Origin: Actinomycetota bacterium
GTDB taxonomy: Bacteria > Actinomycetota > Acidimicrobiia > IMCC26256 > VFJJ01
Assembly: GCA_009886115.1 (NCBI GenBank)
Contig: VFJJ01000026.1
Span: 62,001 to 95,535 of the forward strand
DNA length: 33,535 bases
Direction: 5' to 3'
Below the pieces are notes generated by a model that saw nothing but the letters and a program-made list of their open reading frames with translations, was not told where the DNA came from and made no database searches. The position numbers and the translations under genes are program-made. Below, one piece after another: positions 24,039 through 33,535 of the stretch; the stretch's first letter is position 1; each line of letters opens with the position of its first letter.

Positions 24039-24380
24039 ATGAGCGACCCTGTCGACAACTCGCCCGACGCACGCCACGGCATCCGGATGACAGCGGATCG
24101 GATCCTCGCCCGCCCAGCCCAAGACGGCGGAGAACGGCGGTCGCGAGCCGGCATCCTCATCCCGGCCACGGCCGAGCTGAACAAGCGGCTCCAGTGGGCG
24201 GAGGTCGTCGCAGTGGGGCCGACGGTGCGCAACATCGAGGACGGCGACCGGGTGCTGTTCTCGCCTGAGAATTGCTTCGAGGTCGACCTGCGAGGCGACA
24301 ACTACCTGATCCTGCGCGAGCGCGACATCCACGCCATCGCCTCGGCCCGCGGCGAAGGCCAGACCGGGCTCTACCTGTAG
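24039..24380 (+). CDS. GroES/Cpn10-family co-chaperonin (stand-alone)
   Basis: 113 aa. DRIL, mobile-loop-like ERRSRAGILIP, AEVVAVGP, GDRVLF and YLILRERDIHAI. TAGCCT at 24024-24029 upstream. Confidence 0.9.
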   Translation: MSDPVDNSPDARHGIRMTADRILARPAQDGGERRSRAGILIPATAELNKRLQWAEVVAVGPTVRNIEDGDRVLFSPENCFEVDLRGDNYLILRERDIHAIASARGEGQTGLYL

Positions 24381-24430
24381 CTCACGCGGGTGCGCCGTCG
24401 GTGCATCATCGGGCGCGTACGCTGTCGCCC

Positions 24431-25387
24431 ATGTCATCTGAGGCGTCGAGCGGTCGAGCATCGCGGGCCGGCCGACGCTGTGGCGCTGCGGTTGGTGCCC
24501 TCCTCGCCTGCGTGAGCGTGCTCGTCGGCGTGCTCGGCGCCCAGCCGGCCGGTGCGGCCACGGTCGACGCCGGGGTCACCGTCAACTGCCCGCCATCCAC
24601 CGGTTGCGTGGCGACGGCCTTCAACCCGGCGACGTTCACGGTGACGCTCGGCGATTCGGTGCGGTGGAACCCGCACGTGCCCGGGTCGGGTCAGAAGCAG
24701 GCCTTCTACGAAGTGAGGTCGACCGATCCCGACGGGCCCAACAGCCCGGGGGAGATCACGGCTGCGTACGTCTGGACCCCCACCGCGATCGGCACGTACT
24801 CGTTCTCCTGCAACATTTGCCAACAGTTCGTACCGCTCGCGGGCGGTCGCGTCACCGTCCAGGCCGCACCGACCACCACCACGACCGCCCCGACCACCAC
24901 GACCACGGCTCCCACGACCACGACCACGGCCCCCACGACCACGGCTCCCACCACCACGACCACAGCTCCCACGACCACGACCACGCGACGGCCCACCACC
25001 ACCACGATCCCCACCACCACGACCCGTCCCCCCAAGGCCACCGCCTTCAGCGCGCCGACCACCACGACCCTGCCGTCCACCTCGACGTCGACCTCGACGA
25101 CCACGTCGACGACCACGACCACCACGACCGGGGCGTCGACCACCACGGCGGAGCCGTTCGTGGAGGTTGAGGCCGTCGGCACGCTCGACGGCAACGGGGC
25201 GAGCTCCGACGGTGGCGGTGCCGGCTCGGGTGGCGACGACGGTGGCACCGACGTCGGGCTGGCGCTCGGCGCGGGAGCCGCCGCGCTGGTGGGGCTGGGT
25301 GCGGTGGGCACCGGGCTCTGGTGGCGGCGGGGTCGGATCGACCGGCTCGATCCATTCGACGACCTGACCCTGCGAGCGGGCCGATGA
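24431..25387 (+). CDS. Exported, C-terminally anchored protein: cupredoxin-like head + Thr/Pro-rich stalk + TM helix
   Basis: ATG at 24431 with TACGCT 7 nt upstream; 318 aa. Signal peptide ending QPAGA, FNPATFTVTLGDSVRW...GTYSFSCNIC...GGRVTV, PTTTTTA repeats, and a hydrophobic helix followed by WWRRGR. Confidence 0.78.
   Translation: MSSEASSGRASRAGRRCGAAVGALLACVSVLVGVLGAQPAGAATVDAGVTVNCPPSTGCVATAFNPATFTVTLGDSVRWNPHVPGSGQKQAFYEVRSTDPDGPNSPGEITAAYVWTPTAIGTYSFSCNICQQFVPLAGGRVTVQAAPTTTTTAPTTTTTAPTTTTTAPTTTAPTTTTTAPTTTTTRRPTTTTIPTTTTRPPKATAFSAPTTTTLPSTSTSTSTTTSTTTTTTTGASTTTAEPFVEVEAVGTLDGNGASSDGGGAGSGGDDGGTDVGLALGAGAAALVGLGAVGTGLWWRRGRIDRLDPFDDLTLRAGR
24866..24985. repeat. About 21-bp degenerate tandem repeat encoding APTTTTT
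   Basis: Six APT(3-5) units seen in both DNA and translation. Confidence 0.85.
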
Positions 25388-26265
25388 GCGTTCGCCGCAC
25401 TGTCCGGGTGCCGATCGGGCCCCCGCTCGCCGCGATGGCGCTGATGCTCACGGCGTGGGCCCTGCTCTGTGCAGGCGCGGCCGTCTCGGCCACCGCCGCG
25501 GTGGTCGCGGCCGCGCAAGCGTCGACGACGCCCACCACGACGCCCGACCCGTCGTCGACGACCACCACGACCGCGGGAGGTTCAACGACCACGACGGCCC
25601 TGGACACGACCACGACCACGCTGGCCACGACGACGACGGGCGCGACCACCACGACAGCGGCGACCACCCCGACCACATCGGCGACCTCGACCACCGTCAT
25701 CGTGACGACGAGCCCGGCTCCGGCCACGACCAGTCCGGCGGCGACGACCCGTCCCACGGCCGCGCCGACCCAGCCGAGCCGACCCACGACGGCCCCGCCG
25801 ACCTTCCCCGCCATCGCCACCACGACCGCGCTGGCCGCCACGACCACCACGCTGCCTTCCACGACGACGTCCGCGGTCTCGACGACGACGTCCCCCGACG
25901 CCGGAGTCGGCGAGGACGGCGGCAGCGGCGGGGTCGCGGTGATCCTGGGTTCGGTGGCCGCGTTGGCGGGCCTCGGTGCCGCCGGCCTCCTCCTGTATCA
26001 GCGTCGCCAGCGGGCGATCCTCGACGACGCCCAGCTCGCCGGCGGGTCAGCTCCCCCCCGGAGCCCGCACCCCGGCGCGCCCGCGTTCTCCGACACCGCG
26101 CCTCTGGCGCCTCTGTCGGAGCCGGTCCGACCCGGTCCCGAGAGCCCGGAGCCGGTCGGCCCCGACGACGACGATCTCCTCGAGGGCCAGCTCGTCGAGG
26201 ACATCGATGACGGTGAGCACGACGGTGGGCTCGAAGGTGACCACGGTCCCTGGCGCCCGAGCTGA
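25384..26265 (+). CDS. Thr-rich, mucin-like membrane protein, unknown function
   Basis: ATGA-coupled to the upstream gene; 293 aa. Hydrophobic N-terminus ending AQA, a long Thr/Ala/Pro tract, TM VAVILG...LLLY then QRRQR, and a Pro/acidic tail. Confidence 0.72.
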   Translation: MSVRRTVRVPIGPPLAAMALMLTAWALLCAGAAVSATAAVVAAAQASTTPTTTPDPSSTTTTTAGGSTTTTALDTTTTTLATTTTGATTTTAATTPTTSATSTTVIVTTSPAPATTSPAATTRPTAAPTQPSRPTTAPPTFPAIATTTALAATTTTLPSTTTSAVSTTTSPDAGVGEDGGSGGVAVILGSVAALAGLGAAGLLLYQRRQRAILDDAQLAGGSAPPRSPHPGAPAFSDTAPLAPLSEPVRPGPESPEPVGPDDDDLLEGQLVEDIDDGEHDGGLEGDHGPWRPS

Positions 26266-26454
26266 CCGTCGCACGGCCTCCAGCCACCACCGGAGCACCC
26301 GGCCGCAGGCGGGAGTCGTCCCCCTGCCGTCGCGGGCACGGGAGACCGCGCTGGACAACCTCGGGTGCTGCTCGGCCGACAGGCTCGACCACCCGGGTCG
26401 GCCACCCTCGGGCGAGCCCCGGAAAAGATTCGGACCACCGCTGACACTCGCCGC

Positions 26455-26515
26455 TATCGTGAGCTGACCCTCAGGCCGGGCCACCGTCGTCCCGCCACCC
26501 CGGACAGTGCCGTCC
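26455..26515 (+). promoter_or_regulatory. Candidate gltB -10 box (TATCGT) followed by two GG(A/C)C-N6-GTCC quasi-palindromes
   Basis: TATCGT at 26455-26460; ggcc-accgtc-gtcc at 26479-26492; ggac-agtgcc-gtcc at 26502-26515. Confidence 0.45.
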
Positions 26516-26612
26516 ACCCACCAGCTGCAGGCACGGCAGCCGCTGTCGATCCAGAGCAGCAGTCGCCGAGCAGTCCCCTCCGAGGCACGTACCGTCCGCA
26601 CGCGACACCGGG

Positions 26613-29600
26613 ATGACGAACATGCGCAGCGACTCGCCCGAGGCTCAGGGCCTCTATGACCCGCGATTCGAGCACGACTCGTGCGGCGTGTCCTTCGTCG
26701 TCGACATGCACGGGCGCCGCACCCACGGAATCGTCGAGCAGGGCCTTCAAGCGTTGTGCAACCTCGAGCACCGGGGCGCCGCCGGGGCAGAGGTCAACAC
26801 CGGAGACGGCGCCGGCATCCTCGTGCAGATGCCCGATGCGTTCCTCCGCTCGGTCGTCGTGGAGGAGGGACTGGGTTTCGAGCTCCCACCCCTCGGCGAG
26901 TACGCGGCCGGGATGTGCTTCTTGCCCCGCGACCCCGTGCAGGCCGAGGCCACGGAGGCGTTGGTCGAGCACGTCTTCGCCTCCGAAGGGCTGCGGGTCC
27001 TCGGATGGCGTGACGTTCCCGTCGACGACCACATGGTCGGGTACTCGGCGTCGGTCGTGCAGCCCTCGTTCCGGCAGGTCTTCGTGGCCCCGCCCGCCGG
27101 GCGTCACGTGCACGGCCTCACCCTCGAACGTCGCGTCTACATGGCCCGCAAGCGTGCCGGCCACGAGGTGGCCGACGCGTACTTCTCGAGCCTGTCGACG
27201 CGCACCCTCGTCTACAAGGGCATGCTCCACGCCCACCAGCTGCGTGCGTTCTACCCCGACCTGGCCGACGAGCGGTTCGTATCGGCCCTGGCCCTGGTGC
27301 ACCAGCGCTTCTCCACGAACACGTTCCCGTCGTGGCCGCTGGCACATCCGTACCGATACGTCGCGCACAACGGCGAGATCAACACGCTGCAGGGCAACAG
27401 GAACTGGATGCGCGCCCGCGAGTCGCTGCTCGAGTCCGACGTGTTGCCGGGCGATCTCGAGCGGATCTTCCCGATCTGCACGCCCGACGCGTCCGACACG
27501 GCGAGCTTCGACGAGGTGCTCGAGCTGCTGCACATGGCCGGACGGTCGCTGCCCCATGCCGTGCTCATGATGATCCCCGAGGCCTGGGAGAACCACGAGT
27601 CGATCGATCCCGACCGGCGGGCGTTCTACCAATTCCACTCCTCGATGATGGAGCCATGGGACGGCCCGGCGTCGATCGCGTTCACCGACGGCACGGTCAT
27701 CGGTGCGGTCCTCGATCGCAACGGTCTGCGCCCGAGCCGCTACTGGGTCACCGACGACGGTCTGGTCGTGATGGCATCCGAGTCGGGGGTGCTCGACATC
27801 CCCACGGCGAAGGTCATCAAGAAGGGCCGGCTGCAGCCGGGTCGGATGTTCCTCGTCGACACCGAGCTGGGGCGCATCGTCGACGACGACGAGATCAAGG
27901 CCGAGCTCGCAGCCGGGCATCCGTACGACTCGTGGCTCTACGGCGGGCTCGTGCACCTCGACGAGCTCCCGGCGCGACCGCATTTCATCTCGACCCATTC
28001 GAGCGTCAACCATCGACAGCAGATCTTCGGCTACACGCACGAGGAACTGCGGATCCTCTTGGCCCCCATGGCCCGCACGGGGACCGAGGCCATCGGGTCG
28101 ATGGGAACCGACACGCCCATCGCCGTGCTCTCCGACCGTCCGCGCCTGCTGTTCGACTATTTCTCGCAGCTCTTCGCCCAGGTCACGAATCCTCCGCTCG
28201 ACGCCATTCGCGAAGAGCTCGTCACCTCGCTCGGCACCACGATCGGCCCCGAGGGCAACGTGTTCGAGGCCACCCCGGCATCGTGTCGGCAGCTGGTGCT
28301 TCCCTTCCCGATCATCGACAACGACGACCTGGCGAAGATCGTCCACGTCAACGACGACGGCGACATGCCGGGATTCGAGGCGGCGACGATCTCGGGGCTC
28401 TTCGAGGTCGCGCACGGCGGCGACGGTCTGCGCGAAGCCCTCGACCGGGTGCGGACCGAGGCCAGCGCCGCGATCATGCGGGGCGCCAAGATCCTGGTCC
28501 TGTCCGACCGTCATTCCGACGAGCACCACGCACCCATCCCGTCGTTGCTGCTCACGGCGGCCGTCCATCATCACCTGATCCGCGAGAAGACCCGTACGAA
28601 GGTGGGTCTGGTCGTCGAGGCCGGCGACGCCCGCGAGGTGCACCACATGGCGCTGCTGGTCGGCTACGGCGCCGGCGCCATCTGCCCGTACCTGGCGTTC
28701 GAGTCGATCGAGGACATGATCGGCACGGGGATCATCCGCGACGTGCTGCCCGACAAGGCCCTCCGCAACTACATCAAGGCCGCGGGCAAGGGCGTGCTCA
28801 AGGTCATGTCGAAGATGGGCATCTCGACCGTGGCCTCGTATTGCGGGGCCCAGGTGTTCGAGGCCATCGGGCTCGGCAGCGATCTGGTCGACGAGTACTT
28901 CACCGGAACCGTGTCACGTCTCGGTGGGATCGGCCTCGACGAGCTGGCCCGGGAGGTGGCCCGCCGCCACGCGGCGGCGTTCCCCGACCGGGCGAGCGAA
29001 CGGGCTCACCGCGATCTCGACTACGGCGGCGAGTACCAGTGGCGGCGCGAGGGCGAGTACCACCTCTTCAACCCCGACACCGTCTACAAGCTCCAGCACG
29101 CCACCCGGACCAAGCAGTACTCGATCTTCAAGGAGTACACCCGGCTCGTCGACGACCAGTCGAAGCGGCTGGCGACCCTGCGGGGCCTGTTCGAGCTGCG
29201 CGAGGGGGTGCGGCCGGCCGTCCCCATCGAGGAGGTCGAGCCGGTCTCGGCGATCGTCAAGCGGTTCTCGACCGGTGCCATGAGCTACGGCTCGATCTCG
29301 AAGGAAGCCCACGAGACGCTGGCCATCGCCATGAACCGCATCGGCGGCAAGTCGAACACCGGTGAGGGTGGCGAGGACGCCGATCGCTTCACCCGCGACG
29401 ACAACGGCGATCTGCGACGGTCGGCCGTCAAGCAGGTTGCGAGCGGCCGCTTCGGAGTGACGGCCGAGTACCTCACCAACGCCGACGATCTCCAGATCAA
29501 GATGGCCCAAGGGGCCAAGCCCGGTGAGGGCGGTCAGCTCCCGGGCCACAAGGTGTACCCGTGGATCGCCAAGACCCGTCACTCCACGCCAGGCGTGGGT

Positions 29601-31181
29601 CTCATCAGCCCGCCGCCGCACCACGACATCTACTCCATCGAAGACCTGGCCCAGCTCATCCACGACCTGAAGAACGCCAACCCGTCGGCGCGGGTGCACG
29701 TGAAGCTCGTGGCCGAGGTGGGTGTGGGCACCGTGGCCGCCGGGGTCTCCAAGGCCCATGCCGACGTCGTGCTGATCTCGGGCCACGACGGCGGGACGGG
29801 CGCCTCGCCGCTCACGTCGCTCAAGCATGCGGGAGCGCCGTGGGAGCTGGGGCTGGCCGAGACCCAGCAGACCCTGCTGCTCAACAACCTGCGTGACCGC
29901 ATCGTGGTCCAGACCGACGGGCAGCTCAAGACGGGGCGCGACGTCGTGATCGCCGCGCTGCTCGGGGCCGAGGAGTTCGGCTTCGCCACCGCGCCCCTCG
30001 TCGTGAGCGGCTGCATCATGATGCGGGTCTGTCATCTCGACACCTGCCCGGTGGGCGTCGCCACCCAGAACCCCGAGCTGCGCAAGCGCTTCACTGGACG
30101 CCCCGAGTTCGTGGTGAACTTCATGGAGTTCATCGCCGAAGAAGTCCGCGAATACTTGGCGTTGCTGGGTTTCCGGACGATCGAAGAGGCTGTCGGTCAC
30201 GCCGAGATGCTCGACACCAAGTCGGCGATCACGCACTGGAAGGCGAGCGGGCTCGACCTCACGCCCATCCTCGCCATGCCCGAGCCCTTCGAGGGCACGA
30301 CCCTGTACCGCTCACGGGCTCAAGACCACGGCATCGACCGGGCGCTCGACAACACGCTCATCCAGCTCTGCGAGGGCGCGCTCATGGATGGTCGACGGGT
30401 CACCCTCGAGCTGCCGATCCGCAACGTCAACCGCACCGTGGGCACGATGCTGGGCCACGAGGTGACCAAACGCTTCGGTGGTGAAGGTCTCGCCGACGAC
30501 ACGATCCACATCACGTTCACGGGCTCGGCCGGGCAGTCGTTCGGGGCGTTCATGCCCCGGGGGATCACGCTCGAGCTCGCCGGCGACACCAACGACTACT
30601 GCGGCAAGGGTCTCTCGGGGGGCCGGGTCGTGGTGTACCCACCGGCCGACTCGCCACTCGTGGCCGAGGACAACGTGATCACCGGCAACGTCGCGCTCTA
30701 TGGCGCCACGTCGGGTGAGGCCTTCTTCCGGGGTCTGGCGGGCGAGCGGTTCGGGGTCCGCAACTCCGGAGCGACGGCCGTCGTCGAGGGCGTGGGCGAC
30801 CACGGGTGCGAGTACATGACCGGTGGCCGGGTGGTCGTGCTCGGGCCGACGGGTCGGAACTTCGGAGCCGGCATGTCGGGCGGGATCGCCTACGTGCACG
30901 ATCCCCATGGCCATCTGCCCGAGAAGCTCAACAACGACATGGTCGAGATCGAGCCGATCGACGACGCCTCGTCCGAGTTCCTTGAGGCGGTGATCGGCCG
31001 TCACGTCGAGCTGACCGGCTCGGCGCTCGGGCAGCGTCTCCTCGAGCGCTGGACGTCGACCGTGTCCGAATTCGTCAAGGTGATGCCCACTGATTACAAG
31101 CGGGTGCTCGAGGCGATGCGTGTCGCCGAGGAGCGGGGCGAATCGATCGAGGTGGCGGTCATGGCCGCTGCCCACGGATAG
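26613..31181 (+). CDS. gltB: Glutamate synthase large subunit
   Basis: 1522 aa. EHDSCG (processed N-terminal Cys), [35 protein letters not shown], the Fe-S motif [12 protein letters not shown] and GXGXG repeats. The start could be ATG 26622. Confidence 0.98.
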   Translation: MTNMRSDSPEAQGLYDPRFEHDSCGVSFVVDMHGRRTHGIVEQGLQALCNLEHRGAAGAEVNTGDGAGILVQMPDAFLRSVVVEEGLGFELPPLGEYAAGMCFLPRDPVQAEATEALVEHVFASEGLRVLGWRDVPVDDHMVGYSASVVQPSFRQVFVAPPAGRHVHGLTLERRVYMARKRAGHEVADAYFSSLSTRTLVYKGMLHAHQLRAFYPDLADERFVSALALVHQRFSTNTFPSWPLAHPYRYVAHNGEINTLQGNRNWMRARESLLESDVLPGDLERIFPICTPDASDTASFDEVLELLHMAGRSLPHAVLMMIPEAWENHESIDPDRRAFYQFHSSMMEPWDGPASIAFTDGTVIGAVLDRNGLRPSRYWVTDDGLVVMASESGVLDIPTAKVIKKGRLQPGRMFLVDTELGRIVDDDEIKAELAAGHPYDSWLYGGLVHLDELPARPHFISTHSSVNHRQQIFGYTHEELRILLAPMARTGTEAIGSMGTDTPIAVLSDRPRLLFDYFSQLFAQVTNPPLDAIREELVTSLGTTIGPEGNVFEATPASCRQLVLPFPIIDNDDLAKIVHVNDDGDMPGFEAATISGLFEVAHGGDGLREALDRVRTEASAAIMRGAKILVLSDRHSDEHHAPIPSLLLTAAVHHHLIREKTRTKVGLVVEAGDAREVHHMALLVGYGAGAICPYLAFESIEDMIGTGIIRDVLPDKALRNYIKAAGKGVLKVMSKMGISTVASYCGAQVFEAIGLGSDLVDEYFTGTVSRLGGIGLDELAREVARRHAAAFPDRASERAHRDLDYGGEYQWRREGEYHLFNPDTVYKLQHATRTKQYSIFKEYTRLVDDQSKRLATLRGLFELREGVRPAVPIEEVEPVSAIVKRFSTGAMSYGSISKEAHETLAIAMNRIGGKSNTGEGGEDADRFTRDDNGDLRRSAVKQVASGRFGVTAEYLTNADDLQIKMAQGAKPGEGGQLPGHKVYPWIAKTRHSTPGVGLISPPPHHDIYSIEDLAQLIHDLKNANPSARVHVKLVAEVGVGTVAAGVSKAHADVVLISGHDGGTGASPLTSLKHAGAPWELGLAETQQTLLLNNLRDRIVVQTDGQLKTGRDVVIAALLGAEEFGFATAPLVVSGCIMMRVCHLDTCPVGVATQNPELRKRFTGRPEFVVNFMEFIAEEVREYLALLGFRTIEEAVGHAEMLDTKSAITHWKASGLDLTPILAMPEPFEGTTLYRSRAQDHGIDRALDNTLIQLCEGALMDGRRVTLELPIRNVNRTVGTMLGHEVTKRFGGEGLADDTIHITFTGSAGQSFGAFMPRGITLELAGDTNDYCGKGLSGGRVVVYPPADSPLVAEDNVITGNVALYGATSGEAFFRGLAGERFGVRNSGATAVVEGVGDHGCEYMTGGRVVVLGPTGRNFGAGMSGGIAYVHDPHGHLPEKLNNDMVEIEPIDDASSEFLEAVIGRHVELTGSALGQRLLERWTSTVSEFVKVMPTDYKRVLEAMRVAEERGESIEVAVMAAAHG

Positions 31182-31198
31182 GCGAGGACCACACACCG

Positions 31199-32668
31199 AT
31201 GGGTGAGATCAACGGGTTCCTCACATGGGGGCGCGAGACGCCGACACGCCGGCCCGTGCCGGTTCGGCTCCGCGACTGGCGCGAGGTCTACGAGCCGTTC
31301 GACCGTGAGAAGCTGAACCACCAGGCCGGGCGCTGCATGGACTGCGGCGTCCCCTTCTGCAACAACGCCTGCCCGCTCGGGAACATCATCCCCGACTGGA
31401 ACGATCTCGTGTACCGCGACCGTTGGTTCGAGGCCATCGAGCGACTCCACGCCACGAACAATTTCCCCGAGTTCACCGGCCGCCTGTGCCCGGCACCGTG
31501 TGAAGGCTCGTGCGTGCTGGGCATCAACCAGGATCCCGTCGCCATCAAGCAGATCGAGGTCGAGATCATCGATCACGCCTGGGAGCACGGCTGGGTCGTG
31601 CCGGTGAAGCCGTCGGTGCTCACCGGTAAGCGCGCCGCGGTGATCGGCTCGGGACCGGCGGGCCTGGCGGCTGCGCAACAGCTCACCCGAGCCGGTCACA
31701 CCGTGCACGTGTTCGAGCGGGCCGATCGCCTGGGCGGGTTGCTGCGCTACGGGATTCCCGAGTTCAAGATGGAGAAGCGCCATCTCGATCGGCGGATCGA
31801 GCAGATGCGGGCCGAGGGCACGGTCTTCCATGTGAATGCCGAGGTCGGCGCGAACGTGCAGATCGACGAGCTCCAGCGGGAGTTCGACGCGTTGGTGCTC
31901 GCCGGGGGAGCGACGGCCTGGCGCGACCTCCCCGTTCCCGGGCGCGAGCTCACCGGCGTGCACCAGGCCATGGAGTACCTGCCGCTGTCGAACCGTGTGC
32001 AAGAGGGCGATTACCCGGAGCCCGCCATCTCCGCTGCCGGCAAGCACGTGGTGGTGATCGGCGGGGGAGACACCGGGGCCGACTGCATCGGTACCGCACA
32101 CCGCCAAGGAGCCACCACGGTCACGTCGTTCGAGATCCTGCCTCAGCCTCCGCTCGCGCGGGCCGAGGCCAATCCCTGGCCGCAGTGGCCGATGCTGTTT
32201 CGCACCGCCTCGGCACACGAGGAGGGCGGGACGCGGACCTACTCGGTCAACACCGAATGCTTCCTGGGCGACGACGGCGACGGTGGCGGGCACGTTCGGG
32301 CCCTGCGCTACCACACGGTCGAGCAGAGCGTGGTCGACGGCCGGATGAGCTTCGAGAAGGTCGAGGGAACCGACACCGAGATCCCGGCCGACCTCGTGCT
32401 GCTGGCGATGGGCTTCCTCGGCCCGCAACGAGACGGGATGCTCACCGAGCTCGGTGTCGCGCTCGATCCCCGGGGCAACGTCGCTCGCGACAGCGACTTC
32501 GCCACGTCGGTTCCTTCGGTCTACGCGTGTGGCGACATGGGCCGGGGCCAGTCGTTGATCGTCTGGGCGATCGCCGAGGGCCGGTCGTGCGCGGCCAGCG
32601 TCGACCGCTTCCTCACCGGTGAGACGTTGCTCCCAGCGTCGATCACGCCCGATCGCCGTCCCGTGTGA
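31199..32668 (+). CDS. gltD: Glutamate synthase small subunit
   Basis: 489 aa. RCMDCGVPFC...CP, NNFPEFTGRLCPAPCE, GSGPAG, IGGGDTGADC and GQSLIVWAIAEGR. Confidence 0.98.
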   Translation: MGEINGFLTWGRETPTRRPVPVRLRDWREVYEPFDREKLNHQAGRCMDCGVPFCNNACPLGNIIPDWNDLVYRDRWFEAIERLHATNNFPEFTGRLCPAPCEGSCVLGINQDPVAIKQIEVEIIDHAWEHGWVVPVKPSVLTGKRAAVIGSGPAGLAAAQQLTRAGHTVHVFERADRLGGLLRYGIPEFKMEKRHLDRRIEQMRAEGTVFHVNAEVGANVQIDELQREFDALVLAGGATAWRDLPVPGRELTGVHQAMEYLPLSNRVQEGDYPEPAISAAGKHVVVIGGGDTGADCIGTAHRQGATTVTSFEILPQPPLARAEANPWPQWPMLFRTASAHEEGGTRTYSVNTECFLGDDGDGGGHVRALRYHTVEQSVVDGRMSFEKVEGTDTEIPADLVLLAMGFLGPQRDGMLTELGVALDPRGNVARDSDFATSVPSVYACGDMGRGQSLIVWAIAEGRSCAASVDRFLTGETLLPASITPDRRPV

Positions 32669-32705
32669 ACGAGGCGTCTTCGCTGCAACGCCGTCGAACA
32701 GCCGC

Positions 32706-33434
32706 ATGACGCTCACCCAGGGCCTGGTGATCGCGTTGCTCGCGGCGGTCGCGTCGAGCACCCAGGCCCTCACCGGTTTCGGCTTCGCGCTCTTGATCGT
32801 GCCACCGCTCGCCGTTGTGCTGGGCCCCAAGGAGGCCGTCGTGGTCACGACGCTCCTCGGCACCCTCGTGAACCTGGCTCGCCTGGCGCGAACCGGCCGT
32901 CACGTCGATTGGACCACGGCCCGCCGCTTCGTCGCCGGGTCGCTGGTCGGGCTCCCCATCGGCGCCGTCATTCTCGACCGGGTCGACGAGCGGGTGCTCC
33001 AGGCCGTGATCGCGCTGACGGTTGCCGGGTTCGCGATTCCCATGGCCCGGGGCGCCGCGCTGCGAACCTCCGGTCTGCTGGCCGACCTCGGAGCCGGCCT
33101 CGTGAGCGGGATCGGTAACACGGCCACCGGGATGTCCGGGCCCCCGCTGGTGATCACGCTGCACGGCCGCGACCTCGAACCCGACCGGTTCCGGGCCACG
33201 CTCTCGACGGTCTTCGTGACCATGGGAGCCCTGTCGTTGGTGCTCTTTGCCCTGGCCGACCGGCTCACCGAGGACCGCTTCGCCGAGGCCGGCGCCGGTC
33301 TCCCCGGGCTCGTTGTGGGTTTCACCGTGGGAGAGCTGGCGTTCCGCCGGGTGAACACCGACCGCTTCAAGCAGCTCGTCGTGGCCATGCTCTTCTTCTC
33401 TGCCTGCCTGGCCCTCGCCACCCTGCCCTTCTGA
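32706..33434 (+). CDS. TauE/SafE-family (sulfite exporter-like) membrane protein
   Basis: ATG at 32706; 242 aa, multi-TM. Repeated motifs QALTGFGFAL and ATGMSGPPL, plus FRATL. Confidence 0.88.
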   Translation: MTLTQGLVIALLAAVASSTQALTGFGFALLIVPPLAVVLGPKEAVVVTTLLGTLVNLARLARTGRHVDWTTARRFVAGSLVGLPIGAVILDRVDERVLQAVIALTVAGFAIPMARGAALRTSGLLADLGAGLVSGIGNTATGMSGPPLVITLHGRDLEPDRFRATLSTVFVTMGALSLVLFALADRLTEDRFAEAGAGLPGLVVGFTVGELAFRRVNTDRFKQLVVAMLFFSACLALATLPF

Positions 33435-33468
33435 CATCTCGTACCGACGGCCCTCGCGCTTCGACCGC

Positions 33469-33484
33469 GACGGCGATCGCCGTC
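33469..33484. other. Perfect 16-bp palindrome downstream of the TauE gene; possible terminator stem
   Basis: GACGGCGATCGCCGTC is its own reverse complement. Confidence 0.35.
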
Positions 33485-33535
33485 AACCGCTCGTCCTGCG
33501 GTGCCGATGATCTCGCCATGCCTCCGACGACGAAC

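Noticed and set aside
54..33437. Numerous long antisense or alternate-frame ORFs (e.g. 54-1226, 5671-7620, 22324-24042, 26454-28646, 31094-32863)
   Set aside because: They are Arg/Gly/Pro-rich shadow ORFs overlapping well-supported genes, as expected from stop-codon scarcity at high GC. None has recognisable motifs.
33435..33535. Possible 3' end of a convergent gene at the right edge
   Set aside because: Too short; no reading frame shows recognisable protein features.

Overview
High-GC, gene-dense actinobacterial chromosome segment. Acidimicrobiia-like is an inference from fused FbiC, mycobacterial-type Tal, leaderless-style promoters and Thr-rich surface proteins. The minus-strand backbone encodes pentose and nucleoside metabolism: tkt, tal, a small Zn-ribbon protein, fbiC, a PfkB/adenosine kinase, a PGM2-type phosphosugar mutase, deoC, two aldehyde dehydrogenase ORFs that together look like a split ALDH16, and a partial purine nucleoside phosphorylase. 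Two blocks interrupt it. The first is a cNMP-patatin, FtsX/MacB-type permease and ABC ATPase-cNMP cassette. The second is an amidohydrolase and CitE-like lyase plus an AfsR/SARP-type regulator divergent from a methyltransferase and a cupin. The right part carries an orphan GroES-family gene, two Thr-rich membrane-anchored proteins (one with a degenerate cupredoxin-like head), gltB-gltD and a TauE/SafE transporter. I see no tRNA, rRNA, CRISPR array, transposase or integrase. The best leads are the split ALDH16 pair, the dual cNMP-sensing lipase/transporter cassette, a 14/29-bp tandem array abutting the regulator RBS, the CxxC cupredoxin variant, the LysW-like Zn-ribbon and paired palindromes in the gltB leader. 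All calls come from motif reading; no searches were run.
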